From Thalia democratica (taxonomy: Eukaryota), in contig OZ241827.1 in NCBI GenBank assembly GCA_965202585.1, positions 50,282,001 through 50,346,000 on the forward strand: a stretch of 64,000 nt of DNA, given 5' to 3'. Within the stretch, counting starts at the first letter, position 1, and every line of letters begins with the position of its first letter. The notes beneath the pieces were generated by a model. It had not been told where the DNA came from. It saw only the letters and a program-made list of their open reading frames with translations, and ran no database searches. Positions 1 to 14,802 of the stretch are shown here, piece by piece. The position numbers were made by a program, and so were the translations under genes.

Positions 1-881
1 ATTTCTATATTGGAAATAACGTTTCTTTATAATTTCTTATTTTCTCTATTTTTATATATTGCCTTTGTCATACTTTGGGGTACAAAAAATAAAGATCGTG
101 CTCTAATTTCGTATTTTTAGAGATAAGCTCAGCTAGGTTTCAATTTTTGATCATAGCTATATTTTCCTTGTGCCGATATTTTTTTTTGTGATGTGTTTTT
201 GTATTTGTTTTGATGAAAACTTCAGAACTTTTGTAAAATATATTTATGAGTATTTTTCTTTAATATAAGGTTGCATTTTTTTTTTTACTATTAATTTTTT
301 TTTTACAATTTGAAGCATATTATTACTATTATCATTAGACTACTTAAATCCAAAAATAAATTTAGATACCGTATAGATTCACATTATCACTAAAAAAACT
401 TAAGTTGTTGTTAAGTCGTCTCTGTTTGTTCCGTTTTATCTGTTGATAAGTATTAATTTTGATTTAGTTTATATTAAGTTAAATGTGCTTTAGCAATTTT
501 ATCATTACTTTCTTAAGGCTTTTGATATTAGAGGGTTGAGTTGCACAAAAAGTTTATTAATAAAGCACACTCAACTGCTAAATTTTAAAAGTTTGCAGTC
601 GCTTTTTTTTTTCTAAAAATAATTCTTAAAAAAAAGTAAACTTTTATTATAATCTCTTATCAATTTTTTCTACTTTTTATAATAATGTTAAAACTACAGT
701 GAAATCTAATAGTATAGTAAAACTGTTTTATTTGAAAACTTTATTGAATATAAGAATAGTCTAAAAATTTACTGTATCAAATGAAAAAAGTTGAAATTAG
801 AAAGAAAACAAGAATCTTGAACCTTTTTCATTATTATTTTTTCTATCTTTAAACGATTTATAATAACATTTTCTTATACCT

Positions 882-1041
882 TAGTCATCCAGTTAAGTTT
901 ATCTAACAAAATACTTAATAACGAAAAACACTGATTAAGTTTATATATAATCGTAGTTCAATTTTAGATTTAAGTTATTACTTTCTTTATCAGTATTTTT
1001 AGCAATGTCATAATATAAACAGTAAATTACCTGGACGAATA
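882..1041. repeat. short degenerate inverted repeat / MITE remnant
   Basis: tagtcatccagttaa vs the reverse complement of ttacctggacgaata; internal aaaa.actgat also inverted. Confidence 0.3.
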
Positions 1042-2581
1042 TACAATAATATGATATAAAAAAAAGAAACATAATATAGAGAAATATAAATTTGATAAAA
1101 TAATTTATTTATGCTATAAAAAATGTTAAAGTTAAAAAAATATTTTACTAATTGAAATTTACAAACTTCACAATTTGAACAAAAACATTATTTTAAGTTA
1201 CCTTAAAATGTAGTTATATTAAGTTTTTGATTGATTCTTTTTAACTGGTAGGATTATTTTCTTCTGTAATAGTTTAAAAATTTGAAGTATTTTAGGTTAT
1301 ACCGTAATACAAAAAATCAATGTTTTATTTAACAATTATCATTTTACCATTAAAAAATAGGCGTTATTATAAGTTTTAAATATGTGTTTGTTTGAAATTA
1401 CTTAATATATTTTGGGTCTTAAGATATTGTGATAAAAAAACTGATTTATTTATTTATGATGTACTAGGTTTTAGTTATATAAAGTTAAGTTGTTTAGAGA
1501 TAAGCGCTTAATTTTTAGTTTAAGTAAATTAAAACATTGTTCTCTTTAACATTGTGCCAGTAGTAGCTAACAAAATTAATACAAAAGATAGTTTAATGCA
1601 TGCATAAATAAACAAAAAACGTGCTATAAAATAAATACATCAAGTATCTTTATTTGTATTTATGATGCAATTCTGTTAAAAAACAAACATTTCTCAAAAA
1701 ATAATAGTCTTGGTTAATCATTTAAAAAATGCTTGCACAAAACGTTAATCCAAAATTATTAGTTTCGAAATAGAACAGACTAGTTAAAACTTTTATTAAT
1801 GGTTCCGTGACTTTTTAAAATACTTTTTTTTTTAACAAATACTATAAAAATAGCATTATATAAAGTAACTTTAATGTATTTGTATTGTAAAAGTTACTAC
1901 AAAATTACATAAAATTTAATTAAAAAAGCAATTTGAAACACTTAATAATAAAAAAATAATTGTTTTAAGAACAGATCTTAAAGTATTTTTTATTACCTAA
2001 TTGCATAATTTAAATAAAATAAAAAGCACAAGGATAAAATTTATTGTCATTTAAAGTCATAATTATTTAACTATACAATATTATTTATTAAAAAAGCTTC
2101 TGCTTCAAAAATATAATTTTTAGTTCAAGAAAGTTTAACTATTATAAACAGTATATGAGGCTTTTTTTTTATGTTGAAATTATTTTAGAACTTCATTCAA
2201 AACAAGTTCGAAACAAAACTTTGTTAGAATCAAGTACGCTCTGCATTTTCTTTTTTTATTATCTTTTAATGTTTTTGAATAGTTTTATGGCTCTTTAGCT
2301 TTATATTATTTAAAACTTTCTTCTAGCTAAAACAGTTTATTTTACCTTAAATATTTGTTAAAACTATAACTTTCAAAATATTTCATTCTTTTACTAAATT
2401 AAATGCTTCTAAACTTTTTTTAAATTTAGATTATTACTAGCAAGAATATCGGTAGTTTAAAAAATCAGACATTAAGTACATATTTATACTAGCACTAACG
2501 CTTGTTACACAGTTAGATAAAAAAAAAATAGTGCTTAAAGTTTAAAACTACACTTTATCTAGGTTTTGACAACACATAAAC

Positions 2582-2591
2582 TTTTCAACAG
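2582..2591 (+). promoter_or_regulatory. splice-acceptor-like site (ttttcaacag) 36 nt upstream of the tubulin ATG: 5'UTR intron end or trans-splice acceptor
   Basis: pyrimidine tract plus CAG, same style as the internal acceptors of this gene; no upstream exon identified. Confidence 0.35.
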
Positions 2592-2627
2592 GTTTAAAAG
2601 ATTTTGACAAATAACAAAGTCTCTAAA

Positions 2628-5555
<2,928 letters not shown>

Positions 5556-5675
5556 CTTTTTTTTTATGTTTTCTATAAAAATAGTTTTAATACTTTTAGC
5601 TATAACACTTTCAGTTTGTTAAACTATTTAGAATTAATTATTTAATGTTTTTAACTGTTATATATAGTAAGCAAT

Positions 5676-5681
5676 AATAAA
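5676..5681 (+). terminator. candidate polyadenylation signal AATAAA of beta-tubulin
   Basis: AATAAA about 120 nt after the stop; the hexamer is common in this AT-rich DNA. Confidence 0.35.
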
Positions 5682-7390
5682 TTCAGCTTTAGAACAAAGT
5701 TTATATCACAAGTGTATGTTAAGTATTATAAGCTATAAAAGTATTTTTATCACTTTAGTAAAAATTATAAATACTAATCATGCTTATAATTCTTTTTGAG
5801 ATTTAAAAGTTTGAAAGCACTTTTAAATATTATATTTATATGTTAGTATATTTAAATATTATATGACAATGTTTAGTAAATTTCTAATATTTTTGACAAA
5901 CCTGGCTAAAAGACTACTTATTAAATTTCTTAATTTTTGTACATTTTTCTTAATACTCATTAAGAGAGTAAGTATTTATTAAATTTAAATTACTTAATTT
6001 GCCATAATTAGACATTAGATTAATTTTGTTGTTTGTTATTTTTATAAATACTTTATTATCTCAATAAAAATAATATATACTCATTTCATTGACATTAGCA
6101 ATTTCTTCAATAAAAAAAAATTATATACTTTTATCGTTTATTATTATATTTAACCTAAAATAACAAATTAAATATTGTGAAAGTATATATGACATCAAGT
6201 CTTCATACATTTAGCTTTACAAGTTTGACACATTTGACTAAAATTTTAATTATTGTATGGCAACTAAGATAAAATTGATTAAAAGAAAAAAATTCTTTTT
6301 ATGATATAAAATTTTTATGGAACTTAATAAGCAATTATTTTACCAATATTAAAAATCTATTGAAAACTTTTACAAAAGATTATAACTTGTTATATTAATT
6401 TAAAAAAATATGAGGTATGTAAAATGTGTAGTGCTTCAAAAGTAAAAATTTTAGATATATATTATTATGTCGATAATAAACTTTAGTTTTTTATTTAAAA
6501 CATCAATACATAATTGTTGTCAACAACGCAGCTTAAGCTTTGTATTTACAAAAAAAAAAGAAAGCTAAACATAAATTACGTATTCAGTTTAAGTTTTAAC
6601 AATTACGTAATGCTTGAATTACTTGAAATTGAAGTAATAAAATATTTCTCAAGTTCAAGGATTTTTTAAACCTATTTTGTTTGCTTTGTTTCTTAAATTC
6701 AAATAAAAAACATTTTAGGGTTCAAAACAATCCATTAATAAAAGCTTTAAATTTTGTTATTCTTACTTCATTATGTAGTTTTGTTGTAGATAGTAAATAA
6801 TATTTATTTATTCAATGGTTACAATTTTTTTTTATGCAAACACTAAAAATATCTAAAAATGTGTTAAACAATAAATTTACGTATAAACATATACTTAAAC
6901 TTAAAAAATATATACTAAAAACTATTAAAGAACTTAGTGTTTGGTAAATTGTCAAAAGGACACAGTTCTAAAATTTCCAAGTAATTTCTTTAAAAGTATA
7001 TTAAATTGATAATAAAATTATCAGTATATTATTATTCTAAGATTATATGGAATGTATTAACTAAACCTTTTTTTGTATTTCTCTGTTAAAATAACGATTA
7101 AAAATAAACAGACAAAACTAATAGTTTTATTACTGTTAAAATTTTTTTCAAAAGTCTATTTCAAATCAATTAAAAATTTACATGTCTTCTTTAAGTTTTA
7201 TGCTAAATTAACTATTAAAATAATAATATGAAGTCAATTTCAATATTATTTGTAATTGTCTTTTAACTAATAAATATATAAAATGTAGATAGTTGTTAGT
7301 TATAAAGATAGTGAAGAAAAGGTATAAATTTATAAAGTAAAAACTAACATTAATCATAGATTATGAAATTTCAACAGTAGCAACTAATAA

Positions 7391-9244
7391 TGATCTACCG
7401 GATCCAGCATTATCCAGATATTTTTTTCATATTCAGATCCGGCTGGATCAGAATATTTTTTTAAAGTTTAGATTCGGATCTGGGTAATATCCTACCAGAT
7501 CCGAATATTTTATACAAAAATGTTTTAAATGCAGTTAAGTAAATAATTAATATAATTCGAACGACTAGTTTCGATAAAAATTAGTTATTTTTATTTAAAC
7601 GTAAATAACTTTTACTTATTTATTAACTATGGTATACTTTTTTTAGGCTCTCTTAGATTAAACTAATTTAAACTGAAAGGAAAATAACTTTTAAAAATAT
7701 ATTTAAATTGGAAAAATAAAAATCAGAGTAAGCATCGAAAAAAGTCATCAGAGCTAAGGCTTATTTAGACTTTAATGTGCCGTGAGACAAACTCAAGTTA
7801 AAATTAAGTCTTGAATATACAACTTAGATCATAAGACCACAAGCTTTCGGTAGACTTAGACAACCGAGAGCTTGTATGAATACGTCGGAAAAGAGCTTGT
7901 AGTCAAAAATAACTTTAAAAATAAAAAAATCTAGAACTGTTTTATTAAAGTGCTTAGTTGAAAATAAAACCCAAATATTCTTAAAAATTTGCTTTCAAAA
8001 ACTCTAAAAAATAGTCTTGTGTATAAAATTCAAAATTTCTGAAAATATTTTTGTAGATTCTCTGTTTAAAGTACCTTAGTCTAATCAAAATTAAAGAGAG
8101 GTCTTTTTAGTTTTTTTGAGTTATATGACTTCCATTCAATGCTTGTACTGGAGTGCAAAGTTTAAGAATGGTCTAAGTTTGTAATGCTACTTTTAGATAA
8201 GACAATTTTATAACTCTTTTAAGACATATTTTTACGAACAAATTTATAACATTCGTTGTAGAATAATGTATTTCGGTGTAGGTATGAACTAAACTATGTT
8301 GTAAAAGACTGGAAACGAAATAACGTAAAATTTGTTTTTACTGTTTAATACTAATCAAGTTTATCAATTTTTAGTTCAATCAACTTTTTTATAGAATAAA
8401 GATGGCTTGCATGTAAAATACGGCTTGCGACTGTATTTTTAGAGGTAGCAATTTGTAGTTTAAAAGTGTGCGAAACAATAGTAATAATTCCAATTTTTCC
8501 TGGTTAAACGAAAAACCGATATTTGCAAAAAATCCTTATCACTAGTTGATAAACTTTACTAAAAAATTTGTTAATTGAATAAAAATCTTAATCGAAACAC
8601 CTTTAGAATTAATAACGTATTTCTCCCAAATTTAGAATATTTAACAGTTTAGCCGTTATAAATCTTTAATACCATTAATAGAATTGAAAAAATAATTTTA
8701 TATTTAAAGCTCATGACCTCTAAAATAATTTTTGTTGTTATTGTAGATAATCAGCCGATTTACAATTCTAAATAGTTTTATTTTAAGTATAGTATTTTAT
8801 GTCTCCTCTAAATAAACTTTTATAAAAATATTGAGATTAAATTGTTGTTGTATATCGAAATTTCATCATTAATGTGTAAGTATTTTGTACAGTCTTAAAA
8901 CTTTACGTCTAATAATTCTTGTGTAAGACTTTAATATTTCTAGGCTACTATCATAATTAAATTATAGCTTTTTTAAGTTTTAAAATGTTTTAACATCTAT
9001 AACTAATACTCGACAAACTAGTGTTAAACATAAAACAAAAGAATTGTTCCGTAATAATCAAAATTGTTTACTTTAGTTTAGAATTTTAGCTAGTGATTTA
9101 CCGTATCCACAAGTTATGGACCAGAATCTGGATACTATTTTCAAAATAGTATCGGGCCGGATTCAAATAGTTTGTTCAAATTTAGGATCAGGCCGGCTTC
9201 GAATCCGAAAAGGTATAATCCGGATAGTTAGATCCGGTAGATCA
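7391..9244. mobile_element. degenerate hAT-like DNA transposon with 14-bp TIRs and GATC/CCGG-rich subterminal repeats
   Basis: TGATCTACCGGATC (7391-7404) is the exact reverse complement of 9231-9244; clustered ggatc/gatccg repeats at both ends; no clear TSD. Confidence 0.65.
8030..8220 (-). pseudogene. relic of a hAT transposase C-terminal dimerisation region
   Basis: frameshifted fragments KVALQ, SSTSIE and TENLQKYF resemble the ..A..YL.IP.SS...ER.FS....EN.. pattern; judged by eye. Confidence 0.4.
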
Positions 9245-9779
9245 CTAGAATTTAGTATACAAACTTCTAACTTTAAGTAAGAACACTAACCTCGTTGTTT
9301 TTACTACAACTTTATTATTAAATAACTTATTATTTAAAAATTTTAAATAACTAGTTCTAATTTTTGTTCTTAACATTTTAAAACTACTAAAACTCTTAAA
9401 AAAAGTTAAAAATTGTATTTTTCGTTTTAAAATAATATTTTTGTCTTGCTTCTTTTATCTTGTAATATAAGATTAGTTAAAAAGAAGACTTATAATAAAA
9501 ACCGTATAAATTGCTATAGAATTATGATAGGTGCAAAAACTCACAACAAGTTTACACCTATGCTTAGCTTAAAAAAAGTTGTTTGATTTTAAATATAGAA
9601 GATATGTTTTTTTTTTACTTATTAAGCAAAATGTAGGCAGAACTAATCCTGTTCGTTTTGGTATCATACAAGTAAAAAGAAAAAAACCCAAGTCATAAAA
9701 TGTACAGAAATTAAATATTATTATATTGTACTCTAAATATTATAACTCACTGTTAACCCAAGTCTGCATTTGTGCTCAG

Positions 9780-10515
9780 CAGGAACGTAGCGAGCTCAAA
9801 AAATTTACGAATCTGCAAAAAATTAAAGCATCTGAAATGACACGTGATAAATTACTAGCGGGAACAGAACAATTTAAACTACCTCTAATGTTATTAAATT
9901 TAGTATAAAATTATACAGCTATGTTAATACTTCAATGGAATTTTGAAGTATGAGTGATAACTGTATACAAGGAAATTTATGTTTTTCCACACCACCTATA
10001 ATTCTTTATATGTTGCCACTTGTGTAAACCCATAAAACTTTCATTGAAAATAAGTATGTATAAAAAAAATAACAATTTAAGCCAAAAACAGTTATGTTGT
10101 ACAACTTTTGGAATATTTGTGGAAGTTTTCAAGATCGCACATTAAACGTACTCAGTAGATACAACATTAGATTATGCAAGTTTTTGTAACATAAAATTGT
10201 ATAATTTTAATTTTTGAAGAAAAATCTACAGATTTTAATAAATGAAATTTGCAATGCATAGCTTTTTGACAAATTAAATCTGAATGAACTAAATTTATAC
10301 AATTTAGATGCATTTAATTCGTTTATTTTTTACGACACCAAAAGTGCTAATGAGTACATGTATGTCAAAATCTTTTCTCAGTAGTGCAAAACTAAGTATA
10401 AATGAATAGTAAAAGCTAAGAAAGCAGAGCCTTTTCAAGCTAAAGAATTAAAACAAAAGCAAGTTTTTTTGCACAAAAGTTTACGGTTTCTGTAGATTTG
10501 TAGGCTACGTCTCTG
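9780..10515. mobile_element. non-autonomous hAT element, copy A (736 bp)
   Basis: TIRs CAGGAACGTAGC / GCTACGTCTCTG; 8-bp TSD GTGCTCAG / GTGCACAG (7 of 8); terminal regions similar to 24014..26177. Confidence 0.8.
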
Positions 10516-11042
10516 GTGCACAGTAATGTAAATAGAAACAATTTAATTGAGCACACTAATTTTTGATGATTGGTTTACCAGATTCGAGAATCCAGCTGGA
10601 TCCTGTTTAAAAACTGATTCGTTAACAATTGATTGCAAAGAGCAATAATCAACTTATATTTGATTTTAATTTATAAAATAATCACTCTATAGTTGTATCG
10701 AAATGCCCACTGTAAACACAAAGACCATAATTTTAAGTTTTTAGTAAATCGTTATTGGTGTATGTAAAAAGTTTGAAAACGATTATAATTATTCTTTCGG
10801 TGCTATAAAAGTTTAAAAAATTTTAAGTGTAAATTACAAAGGTAAATTTTAACCTTGAACTTTTTTGGCATTTGCTTTTTTTCAATTGGATTAATATTTT
10901 TTTTTTTTCATTGACAGTAGTTTTGTTTCTAATTTTGATAACCCACCAACATTTATTGTTATTTTTTCTGTATTTTTAAAATTTACAAAATTTGTGTTCA
11001 AAATCAACTAGTTTTTGTATAATTGTTTTTTTAGTAGAGTTA

Positions 11043-11347
11043 AGAAACTTCTCAAATTGGTAGACCAGATGTAAAAGATTTTTGAACACAACGGGCCGGA
11101 TTTATTCGACATATATTTATGCAACCTGATTTACTTTTCTAACGTCATACAAAAAGGTGCATTATTTGTTTTTCAACTATATAATAACAATGAAGTTAAT
11201 AACACTGATTACTCTCTATTTATTTTATATCAAACTTTAAGAATTATACATATATTTAAGTTTCTTTGTCTACCACAAATTTTTATTATTAGAAATTTAG
11301 TCGCTGGACAGATCCTACTCGCAGAAAGTATGTTGACCACCCTATAT
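11043..11347. mobile_element. degenerate hAT-type MITE remnant
   Basis: right end gttgaccacccta and internal gggccggatt are typical of small hAT MITEs; left end degenerate. Confidence 0.35.
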
Positions 11348-11847
11348 TAAGACTTAATATATAGAGTTTTTAATTAATAACAGACACTTTTTAATTTATT
11401 CATAGCTAGAACATAATCATGTCTGGGCAACGTAGATCAAATAGAAGTCTCTGGCGCGCTGCGTACATGTTTGTATGTAAACACCTTGTGCAAAATAAAA
11501 TACCTTTTTTTTAACAACTATTTTAAATTAGACATTAGTTTGTTGTGTAGCTCGATGACCGAAAAGTCCTCCTATACATTGAGTCTTTTAACCAAAGTTT
11601 TGAGCGTCCATTTAGTTATATTGTTTAATAAACTATACACAGTAGTCCTTACCAAATGGTTATTTAAGTACTGTTTTGCATTAAAAAGTTTGGAAACTTA
11701 TATATTTATTTTCAAAATTACGCAGCCCGGCAAATTTTATTGGCATGATATAGCTTTTCTTGTAAAACTGGCTTGTCGATTAGAAAACTTGCCGACAATA
11801 ATAAAGTTAAAAACAAACAAAAAAAATTATATTTGAAATGTAATTTA

Positions 11848-12125
11848 CTGGGTTGCCAAAAGTTTTTTGAAAATATTTTTCAGGTTTTCTGATCATTTTT
11901 AGTATAAAATTTAATTCAAGGTAAAAAACTGTCTAAAACAGTATAAAATATTGAGAAAAAACTGTAATGTTACTTTAAACGTGTTTTATGATAAACAACA
12001 TTCAAAAAATATATATATGATAGGTTTTTCGCATCTAATCCAAATTTAACTACTTTAAACATAATAATTGTTTAAAATTTCAGGTTTTTCTTTTTTATCC
12101 AATTCCAGGTTATTTGGCAACCATG
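11848..12125. mobile_element. MITE, CAGGGTTGCCA-TIR family, copy 1
   Basis: CTGGGTTGCCAAA / TTTGGCAACCATG ends; internal TTC(C)AGG repeats; flanks AATTTA / CATTTA. Confidence 0.7.
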
Positions 12126-13944
12126 CATTTAATTTAAATTTGATAAATATAGTTTTTGACCTAGTTTCAAAAGCAAATGACATATAAACTTGATTATAGG
12201 ACGTTCTAATTGTTTTGGTCTTAATATACTAACAAAAAGATTTTATTAGAACACTTGATTAAGAACGTAAATTCGCTAAAAATTTATAGATGTTGAAAAA
12301 AATTAGTAAATTTTTTTAAATAGTTTTAAGTTAAGTGAAAGCAAAAATAAAAAAAGAGATAAAACTTAAAATTAAGTATATTTGTTATTAACAATAAGTA
12401 GTAAGAAGTTAATAGATTATTTAAATGTATGCATTCTGTTTATTATATAACTTTTGTAACATTTTCAAAGAAAAAAATTCTAGTGTACATTTTAATTTGT
12501 TTTAATTTTGAAGACGTTTAAAACCAATAAAGACAAAAATTTAAAACAATAATCATTGTCTACTTAGGTTTATTTTTTTTATTTGCAGAGAATACAGCAC
12601 AAAATGATTTTAAACATAAAGTTTATAGGATTTATTCAAAAAAAAAAAAAGGTGCACTGGATGTAAACTATGCTCTAAAATCAAACTTTCATTCAAAATA
12701 AAAAAAGGGAACCATTATTTTTGAATTATAGTTATAAAACATATTGATACTAAATGATAGCATACATAGCAAAATACGATTGGCTAGAGAAATTCACTTA
12801 TTCTAATATAAATAAAATGGCTTCAATAAACCTGTTGCATAGTGGTGCCTCTAAAATTAAGTGGAACATTTACAAACTAGCCTGAACCTTAAATCATCTA
12901 AATTAAGATTAAATTAAAGATAAATAAAAGAGACTTCGTTTAATTTTTTTTGTTTTAAGCTTGATTTTCAAAGATAATTTTAGTGATATAAAAAGAAGGA
13001 CTAGCAAATAAAATTAATGCTACTTCTTCTTTAATTGCACATATAAACAGGTTTGTTGAATTATGAAGTGTGCGAAACAATAACACATTATATAGTTTTA
13101 ATCAAATACAGTTTGTACGAAAGTATAATTGCTTGTCGTTCTTTTTAAACAGTTAGTGTATCTTTTAAAATCAGGTTTAAAACAAAATACTACTTGAAAA
13201 AATTACAGCAACACCTTGATTTTGTCTGTTTGTTGCCTCTAACTTTTTGTCAACTGGCTATAGTAATTATCTACTTAATTAAGTGACTTTAGCAAAAATT
13301 AACAAACAAACTAATATAAACAAAATTTACATGATCAGTTTTAAAATAGTAATAATCTCTACAAAATATTTTTACATTATCATAATTACAAACCCATGTA
13401 AACTTTTTTTTTTTAAATTGTTGCAAATTCTTTTACATGTATATTTAAACAAATACCCATAACTACCCATAAACTACTAACACACTTGAAGGTACTTTTT
13501 TAAACACTTAAACAACAAAAATATCCTACTATGTGGTACTTTGAATTTACACCTTCCCATCAAACAAAAATAAAGACAGATTGCGTAGTTAAAACTTACT
13601 TATTTATACCAAAAATTTAGTACATTTTTAAAGCCCATATAGATTATGCTTTGAATATTAAACTATTATTTTTAATTTTTAGAAAACCTTAATCACTAGA
13701 TTAGTTTTCTTTCAATACTTATGATTATAAATTAGCAGTTTTCGACTTCTACTTTGACAATGGAAGTAAAATAACTTGCAAAAAATTTTGATTATTCACA
13801 AAATAACTAAACATCTTAAAAACTTCCTAGTTAAAATACCTGATCATTCATGACAAAAAAAGGTTAATAAATTAAAATCCTTAAAAATTAAGAAAATAAC
13901 CAACATAAACAAAATCATGAACACTATCAACGACCACACAGAAC

Positions 13945-14802
13945 TTAATATAAATCAGTTCTTCTATGTTCAAAAACTGGCATGGCCTTTCTAACCTTCT
14001 CAACATGATCAAGATCAACGTCCACGGTAAAAACACCAACACTCTCACCCCCACAAGCCACAACTGTTCCCCAGGGGTCCACAACAAGACTGTGGCCGTA
14101 GGAGGACCTCTTGCTGCTGTGGGAACCGCACTGAGCTGCGGCCACAACGTAACACTGGTTCTCGATCGCCCTGGCCCTCAGCAACGCCTCCCAGTGAGCA
14201 TGACCGGTTGCAACGGTGAACGCTGACGGGTAAGTTAGTATTTGAGCTCCTCTCTTGCACATTTCAGTTGAAATTTCGGGAAACCTGACGTCGTAACAAA
14301 TCATTGGAGCCACACAGCCAACAGGAGTTGCTACAGGGTCAGCAAAACTAAGGCCTTTTTGGCAGTGGTTGCTTTCACTTAGGGTTACTTTGCCAGGTAT
14401 GTTCACATCAAAAAGATGACACTTGTCATAAACACTTTTTACCGTTCCAGTTTCGTCCATAATTATATGACTGTTCCTGGTTTTTTGCACTTCTTTATTG
14501 TACAGATGCAAACAAAAGGACAACCAAACCTTACAATCTTTTGCCAGGTCAGCATACTTTGAAAAAACTTCATTAGTTGTATGTTGCTTGGCCATTGATT
14601 TTGACTGCTCAGCATTTTCAGCTATGTAGTCGGTTGCTTCTGGTAGGAAGCACATTTTGGCCCCTCTTTTTGCAGCCTCTGTCACAAGCTTTTTCACAGA
14701 TTCAAAATTAGTTTTCTTGTCATTACCAACACTTAACTGGCAAACAGCAATCAATGACTTCTTTAAAGTTGATGAATTACATGAAAGAGTTAGGGATTTC
14801 AT
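13945..14802 (-). CDS. NIT1: nitrilase-family deaminated glutathione amidase (NIT1), single coding exon, 285 aa
   Basis: Catalytic triad E55 (FLPE), K127 (YDKCHLFD), C169 (ICYD). NIT1-type motifs YPSAFT..TG.AHWE.LLRARAIE.QCYVVAAAQ, SYGHS.VVDPWG and C-terminal PVF.HRR.DLY. Confidence 0.95.
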   Translation of the reverse strand: MKSLTLSCNSSTLKKSLIAVCQLSVGNDKKTNFESVKKLVTEAAKRGAKMCFLPEATDYIAENAEQSKSMAKQHTTNEVFSKYADLAKDCKVWLSFCLHLYNKEVQKTRNSHIIMDETGTVKSVYDKCHLFDVNIPGKVTLSESNHCQKGLSFADPVATPVGCVAPMICYDVRFPEISTEMCKRGAQILTYPSAFTVATGHAHWEALLRARAIENQCYVVAAAQCGSHSSKRSSYGHSLVVDPWGTVVACGGESVGVFTVDVDLDHVEKVRKAMPVFEHRRTDLY

